A stretch of 64,000 nt of DNA. It comes from Nitrospirales bacterium. GTDB taxonomy: Bacteria; Nitrospirota; Nitrospiria; Nitrospirales; UBA8639. Where the stretch lies: assembly GCA_965223295.1 (NCBI GenBank), contig CBDCWC010000002.1, positions 160,001 to 224,000 of the forward strand. The letters are read 5' to 3'. The stretch's first letter is position 1. Every line of letters starts with the position of its first letter. The notes below the pieces were generated by a model that saw nothing but the letters and a program-made list of their open reading frames with translations, did no database searches and was not told the origin of the DNA. Positions 42,042 through 52,536 of this stretch are shown one piece after another. The translations under genes and the position numbers were made by a program.

Positions 42042-42593
42042 CAAGTTAGTAAAATTGTCAAATCGCAGTGCGTAGGTCTGGGTATACGGTAGTGGTCTTT
42101 CAAGTGCTTTCTTGCCTAGGGACCTTGCCCCCCGGTTAGGTCTCCAAATTTCCAAGATCCCACAAAGTTGAACTGTTACCTAATGTCGTTTTAGTCCCGG
42201 TGATGCGACATGGATCTGATATATCTCAAGTCACCAAAACATGCCTCTCACTGATGTAGGTCACTGCAATCTCCAACTTCCAACATCAGAGGAAAGAAGG
42301 TATTCTCATGGATGGGAACCAAATTCTTATGGTTGTCATGATTGAGATCTGAGAGCTATTAAAAAAATAGATCATAACAGTTTCGTCGGACAGCATTGCC
42401 AAAAAAACGGATTTCACTGTCCTCGTGTGATCTGAAAAATGTTCGGTTTGGGAGTCTTCTTCTGAAATTCTGGCGCGCCCATGAAAAGACATTCTGCTGA
42501 ACGCCTTCAAAGGGGATCAGTCCTAGAAAAATCAAGAAAAGTAGCAAGCAGCATGTTGAGAAAGAATGTAGACTCAGCCACAAAATTAGCAGG

Positions 42594-43855
42594 TTAGGGC
42601 AACAGGCACTTTTCCCCAAGTTGTTCTATCAGAGTGCAACTTTCATGCTGAGGATTGGTGTCTATGAACGATTGTTTAATGGTTTGGCAGGCAATGGTGA
42701 CTTCTGTGGAGGCCAATAGATTGTTTAAGTATCGAACAATGTTGAGGTCATGAAATGATCGTCGGGAAATCATATGTCCGACCCCTAATTGTTCGATGCG
42801 GGCCGCATTATCATATTGATCAAAGGCGTATGGTTGAATGATTTGAGGAATGCCTGCTCGTAGTGCCTGTGAACAAGTGCCAATACCTCCATGATGAACA
42901 AGCGCGGAACAATGTGGCAACAATTGACTGAGAGGAGCGTAGGACAAGTAGGTAATGTTTGGTGGCAGTCCTTGAGGGAGTTGTTCAGGGTAACGAGTCA
43001 GGAAAATTCCAGGTTGATTTATGTCTTGGCAAGCCCTAGCTGCTTCGGCAAAAAATGATGCTGCATGTTTATTAGCGGACCCTGGGGTGAAGACGATTGG
43101 TTGAGGATTGGCATCAATGCATTGTTGAATGGTCGTTGGAAGTTCAGAATCACTGACATCGTCATAGAGGGGAAAGCCAGTGAGAGCAGTGGCAAGAGGC
43201 CAATCAGGTTGAGCGGGCGCAAACCATGTGGGAAATAAGCCAAGGACTAAGTCAGGAGAATGTAACCATGTATGAAAAATGCGAGACACCGGTGGTAGCC
43301 CAGTTCTTGACGAAATCGACTAAGGTCAGGTTTTACGACAGGGTCGATCATAAGATGGTCGATCCATTTCCAGATAGTCTGCTTTACTCCAATAGGTAAC
43401 CAATTGGGAAGGGAGAACCCTGGGAGCTGCGGTGCCTGATAGGCAGAACGAAAGACTCCAGGTGACAAATGGACAGTGACGTTGGAGACCCGATGCGTTT
43501 CTTGTATTAGACGTGCAGCAAAACCCAGAGTGGAACTGATGAGGAGTGTTTCTCCTTGCTGAACATGTGCAGAAAGAAGGTTGTAGGTTGGCCGCAGTCC
43601 CTCTGACATCAATTGTTTCATCATGACTTGCCACCCTTTATGGGGATGCCACAAGTCTGGATGGCTGGCCAGTCTGTCATATTCTTCAGCAGTACTTATC
43701 TCGACAAACTTGAGTCCAGCTTGGCGAATGAGATTGGCAAAATGCCCGTTGGTGAAAAACGTGACCGCATGACCACGGGAGCACAGCTCGCGCCCTAGGC
43801 CTACAAGAGGCAAGACATCTCCGTAACTGCCTACAGCTACAATCAGAATGTACAT
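42594..43855 (-). pseudogene. GT1 glycosyltransferase (RhlB/sterol glucosyltransferase-like), split by a 1-nt frameshift
   Basis: GSYGDVLP, FTPGS, VHHGGIGT, PYAFDQYDNA. One added base in the G run near 43300 gives ELGLPPVSRI. Confidence 0.85.
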
Positions 43856-43875
43856 ATAAAAGTCAGATGTTTTTG

Positions 43876-44250
43876 CTAAGGCGACATTTTTCCTGCGGCA
43901 AATGACAAATTATTTGTTTGCCATCGTTTGAGCCGGCAAAAGCTCCAGGGCATATAGAGTCCAAAGGTGATAATTGTCAGTAGCATGATCAGCAGCCAGT
44001 TCCCGAAGAATCCAATACCAGTGCCGTGAAATGCTAACTGATGTTGGTCGATAAAGGTATGCTCTGAAATCCATCGTTGTTGGGCAGAATAGGCCCAGGG
44101 GAAAAATAAGCCAAACGTGATAAGAGTTAAGACCCAGGTCCAGAAAAACAACCATAAGCAACTAAAACCTGTTCCGCGAAAATCAAATCTGTTTTGATCC
44201 AGAATGTACCTCGGTGAATAGGGTGTAAAAGATTCATTAAACTGTTTCAT
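43876..44250 (-). CDS. DUF898/YjgN-like membrane protein
   Basis: Duplicated FxGTG...LTxITFGL(F/Y)xPW motif. Confidence 0.8.
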   Translation of the reverse strand: MKQFNESFTPYSPRYILDQNRFDFRGTGFSCLWLFFWTWVLTLITFGLFFPWAYSAQQRWISEHTFIDQHQLAFHGTGIGFFGNWLLIMLLTIITFGLYMPWSFCRLKRWQTNNLSFAAGKMSP

Positions 44251-44372
44251 CGAGAGGCATGGAGTTGACCTCTCTCATAACGTCATAATAGCCTATCAGA
44301 TGCTTGTAGTATTTGGGACGTTTAGGTTTGAGTCATATTCCCATCATTCATTCTGATAAAAAGGAGGAGAGT

Positions 44373-45026
44373 ATGAAACGCGTGGCGGTTATCCTTTCCG
44401 GCTGTGGGTTTTTAGACGGCGCTGAAATTACAGAGGCGATTAGTACGCTCATAGTTATTGGACAGCATGGGGCTGAATATAAAGTATTTGCCCCGAACAA
44501 AGATGTGGAAGAGACAAATCATCTGACGCAAAAGCCTACCGGGCAACGTCGCAATGCGCTGCAAGAAGCGGCTCGCATTGCCCGTGGTAACATTCAACCG
44601 CTAGAGGAGTTACAGGCTAAAAATTTTGACGCACTGGCTTTTCCTGGGGGATTCGGAGCGGCGCTTCATCTTTGTAATTTTGGAGAGAAAGGGAGCGAAG
44701 GAGAAATTGACTCACAAGTGGTCAGGATTGTGAAGGAATTTAGCGAGAGTCGAAAGCCCATTGCGGCGATCTGTATTGCGCCGGCCATCATGGCTTTGGC
44801 CTTCGGGGAAAAAGGAGTGAACGTGACGATTGGTGACGATGCGGGAACAGCGGCCGAAATCGAAAAAACCGGAGCCAAACATCAACAGTGTGCGGTGGAG
44901 AAATTTGTGGTGGATCAGAGCAATAAGGTCATCACGACACCAGCCTATATGTATGGATCAGCTCAACCTCATCAGATTTTCTCGGGCGTGAGCGGTGCGA
45001 TTGCCGAACTTATCAAGATGGCTTAA
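44373..45026 (+). CDS. elbB: DJ-1/PfpI family glyoxalase ElbB
   Basis: LSGCGFLDGAEITE, EAARIARG, PGGFGAA, ICIAP, TTPAYM. Confidence 0.93.
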   Translation: MKRVAVILSGCGFLDGAEITEAISTLIVIGQHGAEYKVFAPNKDVEETNHLTQKPTGQRRNALQEAARIARGNIQPLEELQAKNFDALAFPGGFGAALHLCNFGEKGSEGEIDSQVVRIVKEFSESRKPIAAICIAPAIMALAFGEKGVNVTIGDDAGTAAEIEKTGAKHQQCAVEKFVVDQSNKVITTPAYMYGSAQPHQIFSGVSGAIAELIKMA

Positions 45027-45413
45027 TGGTGAGGGCCGTGTCCAAATAAACGTCAGGACGCCCATGCCGATGCAGGTGAGGATACCCTTAATAAGAAATG
45101 ATACCTTGAGCCATACAAGAGAAACCGCAAACAGTCCAATGATCAGGACGGTGGCTGTGACTTTGGCATTCTGACTGATGCTTCCGTTTTGCTCCCAGTT
45201 TCTGATCATGAGACCCAGGCGGGGTTGATTGAGTAGCCAATGATGTAGCCGAGGCGAACTCTTGGAAAAACAATAGGCGGACAGTAGTACAAATGGTGTG
45301 GTGGGCAACAACGGAAGGAAAATCCCAATAATGCCTAAAATCAGGCTTATCCAACCCGAAATCATCACCACGAGATTGAGCGGAGGCGATTCGATAATCA
45401 TCAGGATTAACAA
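44958..45413 (-). CDS. YbaN / DUF454 membrane protein
   Basis: LGIIGIFLPLLPTTPFVLLSAYCFSKSSPRLHHWLL; 3' end overlaps elbB. Confidence 0.9.
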   Translation of the reverse strand: MLILMIIESPPLNLVVMISGWISLILGIIGIFLPLLPTTPFVLLSAYCFSKSSPRLHHWLLNQPRLGLMIRNWEQNGSISQNAKVTATVLIIGLFAVSLVWLKVSFLIKGILTCIGMGVLTFIWTRPSPLSHLDKFGNRTAHARENLMRLS

Positions 45414-45451
45414 TCTTTGTGGTTCAGTGAAAGACGTATTATGTATACATA

Positions 45452-45479
45452 GTATCGGCGAATTCTTCTTAAAGATTGA
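45452..45479 (-). promoter_or_regulatory. Putative sigma28 promoter of the YbaN-like gene
   Basis: TCAAT-N15-GCCGATAC. Confidence 0.45.
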
Positions 45480-45480
45480 A

Positions 45481-45524
45481 TAAGGGGTCAGACTCGAATT
45501 AATTAATTCGAGTCTGACCCCTTA
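45481..45524. repeat. Perfect 44-bp palindrome (REP-like)
   Basis: TAAGGGGTCAGACTCGAATTAATTAATTCGAGTCTGACCCCTTA. Confidence 0.9.
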
Positions 45525-45545
45525 CATTCTCTCATATTTTTCATA

Positions 45546-46535
45546 TTACACCGTGACGACGATTTTGCCTTTTTGTTGGTTGGAGACCATATAGCGGTGG
45601 GCTTCTGCAATTTCGGCTAGGGGAAAGGTTCGGTCAATAATGGGTTTGAGAGATCCCGATTCCAAGCCTTGATAAATAAATGTCTTTCCGTGTTCCAATA
45701 TTTTCGGGATCTTCACTATTTCGAATAAGGTATATCCTCGTATGGTGAGGCCCTTAGCCAGTGCGGGGAATAGAGGAAAGGGGGTAGGATGTGGGGCTAG
45801 TGCTCCATATTCAAAGATGATTCCGCCAGGTGCTGCAACAGCCGCGAGGTGTTCTAAAAACGGTCCCGCGACAGGGTCGAACACCACCCGTACTCCTTTT
45901 CCCTTTGTATAGGACATTCCCTGTTCTACCAAGTCTTCATCATCAGTCACGATCACATGATTGGCTCCTGCTTCAAGGAGAAATGCTTTTTTGTCAGCGC
46001 CACGGGTCGTGGCGATGGCGACTCCTCCGACTGCTTTGACGATTTGAATCGCGGCTAACCCCACGCTGCTGCTGGCAGCCGTAATCAAAACTGCGTCGCC
46101 TTGTTGAATGTTTCCATAGTGGATCAGGGCACCGTAGGCCGTCATGTATTGCATCCAAATGGCTGCACCTTCAACTGGTGTTAACGTGTGGGGATAGTGA
46201 GCAGCAGCATAGGCCGGGACGATGGCGCTCTCTCCATAGACCCCGTACTGACCGATGGAAAAAGATGGGATCGTACTGACCCGATCACCGATCTGAAGAT
46301 CGGTGACCTCAGGCCCGACAGCGTCAATAATTCCAGCAGCTTCGTACCCTAACCGGGATGGAAGCTGAGGCGTCTCTAGATATTGTCCTTTCCGAAACAT
46401 GATTTCTGCACGGTTCAGTCCAAGAGCTTCCACTTTCATGCGGACTTCTCCTTTGCCGGGTTCGACCGGGGGAAGCTCTTCAATTTTCAGAACTTCGGGT
46501 CCACCTGTCTCATGAAAGCGTACAATTTTTGGCAT
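45546..46535 (-). CDS. NADPH:quinone reductase-like MDR oxidoreductase
   Basis: GGPEVLK, GLNRAE, LGYEAAG, TAASSSVG, GKIVV. Confidence 0.93.
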   Translation of the reverse strand: MPKIVRFHETGGPEVLKIEELPPVEPGKGEVRMKVEALGLNRAEIMFRKGQYLETPQLPSRLGYEAAGIIDAVGPEVTDLQIGDRVSTIPSFSIGQYGVYGESAIVPAYAAAHYPHTLTPVEGAAIWMQYMTAYGALIHYGNIQQGDAVLITAASSSVGLAAIQIVKAVGGVAIATTRGADKKAFLLEAGANHVIVTDDEDLVEQGMSYTKGKGVRVVFDPVAGPFLEHLAAVAAPGGIIFEYGALAPHPTPFPLFPALAKGLTIRGYTLFEIVKIPKILEHGKTFIYQGLESGSLKPIIDRTFPLAEIAEAHRYMVSNQQKGKIVVTV

Positions 46536-46562
46536 CAGTGCTCTCCCTATAAATCATGACAT

Positions 46563-46703
46563 GGGCACTTCTAAAAACTGTCCTTTTTCCCGATGGCGGC
46601 GTCAGCGTCATGCTCAAATCCTCATGTATTAGCCTATACACTCTGGTTTTCCGCGCGCCGCTTCCTTGCCCTAAGAAAAAATCATCAGTTTTTAGAGATG
46701 CCC
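46563..46703 (+). mobile_element. MITE family B, 141 bp
   Basis: TIRs GGGCACTTCTAAAAACTG/CAGTTTTTAGAGATGCCC; 4-bp duplication ACAT. Confidence 0.9.
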
Positions 46704-46708
46704 ACATG

Positions 46709-47311
46709 TTAGCGTTTGGCACGATCCGTCACGAACGTGACGATCTCCCCTACGTTGTCACCCGCATCCCAGACTTTTTGGAGAAATTCCACAGGATGAA
46801 TATTGACTGTCTTTAAAAATCGGCGGTCACCACCACAACTATACATCAGGTCTGGTGGGAGTTCTCCTCGAAGTTTGGCTCTGGCTTTTTCAATGATACG
46901 AGGAAACCATTGGAGCTTGGCGAGGGTCGCACTTCTTGATGGAAACTCATGTTCGCTTCGTTTGTTGTCTGAAAATTGTCCCTGTTGCTCGCTGTAAAAA
47001 TAGTCCCGGCGAATCTTCGTAATAGCCAGAGCCGTTTCCGGGTCAGGGACTCCATCCTCAACCCAGTCTTCCACAAAATCAAAAATCTCTTGAGAGGTGG
47101 CTCCAAGCGTACGGAGAAAACTTTCTTCTTCCATCGCAAACATGGCCTTGGGATTCCGCATGCCGTTTCTATAGTCGATGACTTTATTTGCAAACAGTGA
47201 TCGAAAGTGGTTACTCCAGTCATGAGATGCATCATTCATGGGAATAGAGTCGTTTTCTTTCAAGGTTCCATTTTGGCCGTCAGAAGCTGTTGATTGTACG
47301 AATGTTGCCAT
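46709..47311 (-). CDS. DUF5069-like hypothetical protein
   Basis: WFPRIIEKARAKLRGEL..DLMYSCGGDRRFL; RBS AAGGAG before MATFV. Confidence 0.75.
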   Translation of the reverse strand: MATFVQSTASDGQNGTLKENDSIPMNDASHDWSNHFRSLFANKVIDYRNGMRNPKAMFAMEEESFLRTLGATSQEIFDFVEDWVEDGVPDPETALAITKIRRDYFYSEQQGQFSDNKRSEHEFPSRSATLAKLQWFPRIIEKARAKLRGELPPDLMYSCGGDRRFLKTVNIHPVEFLQKVWDAGDNVGEIVTFVTDRAKR

Positions 47312-47334
47312 GTCTTTGTCTCCTTTTAGATCAT

Positions 47335-47525
47335 GGGGCTGTTGAATAATGATGATATCAATGGCCACATTTCATGTCTGAGGGGTAACATGTCAGAGAC
47401 CTCGGGTTTGTTCAAAAAAGTCCGTTCAGCAAGGCCGCAGCTATTTTTGGGTGCGGAGCATACTGGAAGTATGTGAGCACGGAAAAATAGCGAGAACGCC
47501 GCTGACGGATTTTTTCAAAAGACCC
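47335..47525 (+). mobile_element. MITE family A, 191 bp
   Basis: GGGGCTGTTGAA...TTCAAAAGACCC; 5-bp duplication ATCAT. Confidence 0.9.
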
Positions 47526-47546
47526 ATCATGTGTTCTTACAGATTG

Positions 47547-47915
47547 TCAGGGGTTGTGATAAAACCGTTCGTGAATAATCTTGCCATCCTGCCATTTGGC
47601 AACCACAACTTGTTCTACATGAACGGGGGTGTTATCTGTGGCGACCCAATCCATCACAGTTTCGTAGAATGTGACGTCTTGGCCGCTACCCTGGGAGATG
47701 ACCTGGAATCCTTTCCATTCTTTGATCATGGAGAGAAACTGTTTCTCACGCTCAATATTGGCGTCCCGTCCCGCGGTCGGTGGCTCCAAATTTTCCTGCA
47801 TGACCACATCTTCAGCATAAAACTCGTTCATGGCGTCGATGATGAGTCCTTCTCGAATGTAAGCAAGCAAGTTAGTTAACCGATCGTTCAGATTGACAGA
47901 TGTTGAAACACTCAT
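47547..47915 (-). CDS. SnoaL/NTF2-like protein
   Basis: EFYAEDVVMQE, GRDANIERE, WQDGKIIHERFY. Confidence 0.9.
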   Translation of the reverse strand: MSVSTSVNLNDRLTNLLAYIREGLIIDAMNEFYAEDVVMQENLEPPTAGRDANIEREKQFLSMIKEWKGFQVISQGSGQDVTFYETVMDWVATDNTPVHVEQVVVAKWQDGKIIHERFYHNP

Positions 47916-47961
47916 GATAGCTCCTCCTTTGTTCGTTCAAGCATGAATAGTGTGGGTGTTC

Positions 47962-48495
47962 TCAGCTTGTAGCAATGGGCTGTTTGGCAAATTGAACATC
48001 CACTGGGGTTTGTGCAAGATGGTTAATGTAATTGGTGATAGTTTTGAGCCCGATATACGCAATGGTTTCATACAACTTTGGTTTGGTAATTCCCTTTGCT
48101 TCAAGGTGTTGCACCTCATTGGCTGACAACCACCCACGTTTGGTCATCAAGAGTCTGGTTGCTTCGACTACAGCTGTTAACGCTGAATTGCTTGGTGTCT
48201 TTCCTCCCCGGATCGCGGCGATATCTTCAGCAGAGATTCCTGTCATGCTGCTTATAGAACTGTGGGCAGCCTGACAATAGTGGCATTCATTAACTGAGGA
48301 CACCGTTAGTTGAACCGCCTGCTGTTCTGTGGGCGTCAAGGCCCCCTTGGCCAGTGCATCTTGCCCTTGCAGGTAAGTTTGTGCTGTAGGGATGCTGGCG
48401 CTCATTTCTTGAATAAGATTTGGCACGAACCCATACTTTTTTTTGACAATGTTGAAGAGTGCTTGAGCATCTGAGTCTGAGGATGTTGTGTTCAT
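47962..48495 (-). CDS. AhpD/carboxymuconolactone decarboxylase family protein
   Basis: GFVPNL, NECHYCQAAH; RBS AGGAGG before MNTT. Confidence 0.92.
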   Translation of the reverse strand: MNTTSSDSDAQALFNIVKKKYGFVPNLIQEMSASIPTAQTYLQGQDALAKGALTPTEQQAVQLTVSSVNECHYCQAAHSSISSMTGISAEDIAAIRGGKTPSNSALTAVVEATRLLMTKRGWLSANEVQHLEAKGITKPKLYETIAYIGLKTITNYINHLAQTPVDVQFAKQPIATS

Positions 48496-48588
48496 GTTAT
48501 GCCTCCTTTGGTTGAAAAAATAGTTGTTTGATTTTTGAGCACAGATCCCGGTTCCTAATTCCCTCATGTGAGATGGATAGAGCAATAA

Positions 48589-48608
48589 TTTGGAATGATC
48601 GTTCCAAA
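48589..48608. promoter_or_regulatory. Putative TetR operator upstream of the AhpD operon
   Basis: Palindrome TTTGGAA-TGATCG-TTCCAAA; related copy at 49240. Confidence 0.75.
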
Positions 48609-48622
48609 AATAGTCAAAAAAA

Positions 48623-49204
48623 TTAGTCTAAGGTGGACAGGGTGGTTTTCATAATGTCTTGAAGCGTGTGCTTATCAGCGCCAGCTTTGGCCATGACTGC
48701 TGCTCCCTGTAAGAAACATGTGAATGTTCTGGCCATAGCTCGGATATCTTTGGCTTTGCCTAGCTCACCCTGTGCCTGTGCACGCTGCAATGTCACCCTG
48801 AATCGGTGTTCAACCCATTTCAAAGCTTTTGCGACCCGTCGGTTGGCTTCATCGTCATGGGGACTCAGTTCCATGACAGAATTTGTGACCAGGCATCCTT
48901 TTTTGGCAGCCTCTGTCCCTGCCAGTTTTACAATTTGTCCAAAAAAAGTTTTAATTGCCTCGCAAGCCGACCCTGGCTGATCTAATACTTTTAATCGATC
49001 ATGCATGATCTGGCTGCAATATCGCTCTAAGGCCGCCGAATACAGTTGGTGTTTGTCGCCAAATGTTTCATACAAGCTTCCTCGATTGATACCCATATGC
49101 TTCACAAGATCTTCAATCGAAGTGGCTTCATAGCCTTGCTGCCAAAACACATCCATTGCTTTTTCTAATGTTTCTTCGGGTATAAATTCTTTGGGCCGTG
49201 CCAT
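48623..49204 (-). CDS. TetR/AcrR regulator (ComR/NemR-like)
   Basis: MARPKEF, FWQQGYEATS, GINRGSLYETFGDK, KGCLVTN. Confidence 0.95.
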   Translation of the reverse strand: MARPKEFIPEETLEKAMDVFWQQGYEATSIEDLVKHMGINRGSLYETFGDKHQLYSAALERYCSQIMHDRLKVLDQPGSACEAIKTFFGQIVKLAGTEAAKKGCLVTNSVMELSPHDDEANRRVAKALKWVEHRFRVTLQRAQAQGELGKAKDIRAMARTFTCFLQGAAVMAKAGADKHTLQDIMKTTLSTLD

Positions 49205-49239
49205 GCAGTTTCTCCGTATCACTAGATGACATATCACAT

Positions 49240-49259
49240 TCTGGAATGATCAGTCAATA
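49240..49259. promoter_or_regulatory. Putative TetR autoregulatory operator
   Basis: TCTGGAATGATCAGTCAATA shares TGGAATGATC with 48589 and overlaps a minus-strand TTGACT -35. Confidence 0.65.
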
Positions 49260-49605
49260 ATTTAATTGTGATCGATAACAGTTCTGAACCAGAATAGTGA
49301 GATCAGACAATATATCTTGCTTCTACGAAAAAACCGGAAGAAAATTACCTGTTATTTGAAGTATATTTGTTGCCGGAAATGACATGGCGAATGGCGCTAA
49401 TGTCGTAACCGATCCTATGCTGTTATTGACAGTTTGGCTCTTTCAGAAAGCAGGTGATTTCTCAACTTCTTTATAGGCTCTGACGTATTTATGTTGGAGA
49501 AAATAGGGTGAAGACTTATTGACACTTAACACTTTTTACGTGCTAGCATGATGAGAATAAACTCTGAGTGACACTTCACTTATTGAACATGTTGAATGGA
49601 GGACT

Positions 49606-49965
49606 TTGATGGGTGTTTTTCAAAAAAAATCTGCGAAACTCGTGGCGATTGTTGTGATGATAGTTTTGCTCGGCGCGTGTTCATTTTCTACTCGAATAAA
49701 TACGGAACCTGAAGGTGCGGATGTCTACATCAACAATATTTATGTTGGGAAAACCCCTACTCTCTACAAGTACAGATCTGGCTTTCCTGAAACCACATAC
49801 TTGGAAGTGAAAAAACCTGGGTATACAGAAATTCGCAATGGGACGATCGAAAAAACTTATCGAGCTGACATTCAACTCTTATGGTTAATCCCCGGTATCA
49901 TTCCCTATTTCGTTGGGACTGCCCGCTATGAAGATGACTATGTGTTTCATTTGAAAAAGCGCTAA
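49606..49965 (+). CDS. PEGA-domain lipoprotein
   Basis: Lipobox LGAC; INTEPEGADVYINNIYVGKTP; KKPGY. Confidence 0.85.
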   Translation: MMGVFQKKSAKLVAIVVMIVLLGACSFSTRINTEPEGADVYINNIYVGKTPTLYKYRSGFPETTYLEVKKPGYTEIRNGTIEKTYRADIQLLWLIPGIIPYFVGTARYEDDYVFHLKKR

Positions 49966-50328
49966 AGCTTGAAGCGTTTTTTTCGCTGATGAATATATTG
50001 ACCATTATATGAAAGAATGAATAATAACCTTTTGTCCAAAAATTTTTAGTAGTAATTATCAGTTTCAGTATGTTTTTGCCAGTCTACTTGTCTATGTTGC
50101 TAGCTGTGTCTTCTCTAAGCTCAAGTTCTGATCATCTCTCAACTTTTGCCAGAGTTCGCAACCCCTTTTCTCATAAAAACCTCTTCCCAACTTCCCACGT
50201 AGTTGTTTCTATCCGTTCAAAAGATGGTTTCTAGTTTTGTGTTGTCTGCAATTCGGTAAGAAGATTGACAGAGCCATATATATGGAGCTGTAGTAGTATT
50301 TTAGAAGGATATCGAGGGAGCTTTAATC

Positions 50329-50583
50329 ATGGCCGCTGACGAAATTGGTGAAGCGTTTCTTCGTGTAGTTTTTCGATATGTCGTGTATTTTTTTGTAGAA
50401 ATACTATGGGAGCTAATCTGTTATTACATAGGCTTTCCGGTTGTACGGTTGGTTACTCTTGGAAAATATCCACAGGATCAGCCCACCATGGCTCAAGAAA
50501 TTATTGCCTCCACAGTTGGTTTCCTTCTTTTACTGTTTGGAATGATGTGGCTAATTGGCTTTTTGGCATTAAGGAACGCTTGA
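50329..50583 (+). CDS. Small membrane hypothetical protein
   Basis: RBS GAGGGAG; YYIGFPVVRLVTLGKYP motif between hydrophobic segments. Confidence 0.7.
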   Translation: MAADEIGEAFLRVVFRYVVYFFVEILWELICYYIGFPVVRLVTLGKYPQDQPTMAQEIIASTVGFLLLLFGMMWLIGFLALRNA

Positions 50584-50915
50584 GGCGACTACCGGTGTAA
50601 GTCAGTGCCTCAACAAAAGTGGATTATGAAGGAAGTGTGAACTCAGAAGACGAATGCAAAAAAAATTCAATATCCAGTACAACCCATCCTCTGCTTCTAA
50701 GTATTGCACTGACTATCTATCTGAGAAAAAAGTTATCTAGGTTATCCTCACTAGTTCTCTTTCTGTGTCCTCTTGTTGAGATCTCTCCAAAGCTACCCTA
50801 AGTTTTAGAATCAACCACATATCCTGCCCTCCTTGAATGAAAAGGCAATTTTCACAATTTTTCCCTTAAATTTAAGATCCCGGTACATTTCCCAGCTTGA
50901 GAAATGACAAGGGTA

Positions 50916-51599
50916 CTAAGAAAGGGAGAGTAAATGATGGCCCGTCAATCCTAGGTAGGCCTCTTCGATCGTGGTGACGGGAGACACGTGCATAAGAAAT
51001 GGAGTGCGCCAATCATCTTCACGTGGATCATACTCACCTGGAATCAACACACGTTGGAAATGTTGATTATACGCTGCCAATATCTTCAGTTGGAGTCCCC
51101 CCACTGCCCCTATGGATCCCTGGTCGGTGATCGTTCCGGTCAACGCTCGACCCTCTAATAACGGGTCTCCCTTGGCCATAGCCACGACGCTCAGGGCCAC
51201 CATAGCCGATAAACTTTCTCCATATATGGTCAGACCGGCATAAGGGAGTTGTAACTGGACGGTCCACGAATCTGAAGGGAGATTGGCCAATTGAAAAGTT
51301 CGTTTGATAGCTTGTTGGATAGTTTTTTGGGCAAACAAGGAGAATTGTCCCGGTTGGAGATGAAATTGAATTTGCAGACCGTTGCGATCTTGGCGTTCCC
51401 ATAAATCAATTAAAATCTGGCATACTAACCCCACGGGGTGATATTGCTCACTAACAGACGTGCCTAGGATTGGGACACTGAGATGAGAAATCCTATTCGT
51501 GGTCGAACCCGCAGCGACTCCATTCACACATACCAGCATGAGGAGTAAAACGTACCCTACCATTGTCAGTCGCTGGCCCCAGTCAATTGGATTCTTCAT
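50916..51599 (-). CDS. Exported stand-alone Lon (S16) protease domain
   Basis: Signal/TM; GESLS and GGLQLK with Ser-Lys spacing 43; LTGTITDQGSIGAVGG. Confidence 0.85.
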   Translation of the reverse strand: MKNPIDWGQRLTMVGYVLLLMLVCVNGVAAGSTTNRISHLSVPILGTSVSEQYHPVGLVCQILIDLWERQDRNGLQIQFHLQPGQFSLFAQKTIQQAIKRTFQLANLPSDSWTVQLQLPYAGLTIYGESLSAMVALSVVAMAKGDPLLEGRALTGTITDQGSIGAVGGLQLKILAAYNQHFQRVLIPGEYDPREDDWRTPFLMHVSPVTTIEEAYLGLTGHHLLSLS

Positions 51600-51940
51600 C
51601 CGAAAACCTTCCTTGGCTTGTTAGGGGATTTTTCTTCATTAGTTTTTGTTGCATAAATTGTTCCTTCTACTTTTCTTAGCTCTTATTCTTCCTCATCCAC
51701 ACAAAAGACAGAAAAAATACGATTTTTCAACAGTTTTCTCGATGCCCCCTGCCTACCGCATTCCATCTTATTTTTAGAAAGTTGAAATTTCTTCAGTTCA
51801 CTTTCCTTTCTCTGGTTGTCAGATTTGACAACCAGGGGTGCAGTGGCCAACTTGAAATATATTTCGTTCGGGATGAAAGATGGCGGCGATTGAATCCGGA
51901 AAAGTCGATTTGCGAGTCAACCCTTCAGCGGATCTATTAG

Positions 51941-52208
51941 CTGAGTGTTGAATAATGAAGATATCAAAAGCCATACTTCGCCATGGAGCTCTTGGCGTTC
52001 AACGACGTTGGGGTCTGTTCAAAAAAGCTCGCTCGCCTGCGCGAAGCTGCTTCGGCGAAGCCAGGTCCAGCAAGGCCACAGCCATTTTTGGCCGCGGAGC
52101 GTACTGGTCCTACGTGAGCATGGGAAAATGGGGAGCACGCCGCTCCCGGCCTTCGTAGCCTATCGAGTTACTTCGGTGGAGTAGTCGGCGACTTTTTTCA
52201 ACAGGCCC
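51941..52208 (+). mobile_element. MITE family A with two nested hairpin inserts
   Basis: GAGTGTTGAATAATGAAGATATC...TTTTTTCAACAGGCCC; inserts near 52036-52065 and 52149-52186. Confidence 0.85.
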
Positions 52209-52536
52209 ACCAGGGCCCTTGCTGTCATTTTAGTCTGGAACTCGGACTCTCAAAAATCACGTGAAGAGATATTTCGTGTCCGTGCTCCAGTCATCGCACT
52301 GAAACGATTGAAAAAGATGATGAGGACGATGGCACTCGAAGACCAGGCGGTAGGTAGAGAAATTTTCGAGAGGCTTCTTGAAAAACGAACCAATCAAATT
52401 CTCCATAATCTTCGCGAAAAAAATATAGCGCTAAGATCCTGTTACTTGGAGATGTCTACGAGTTTCAAGTCGATTGTATTATGATTTTTCTTGCTATAGT
52501 GTCACGTGTATTACAATATAATACTTGGAGGAAATC

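Noticed and set aside
42005..42260. IS200/IS605 end or omega-RNA at the GCCCCGCCC hairpin
   Set aside because: No tnpA, tnpB or iscB remnant nearby; position fits a terminator.
51881..52483. Gene interrupted by the 52-kb MITE A copy
   Set aside because: An open stretch follows the element, but the two flanks do not rejoin in frame and no family is recognisable.
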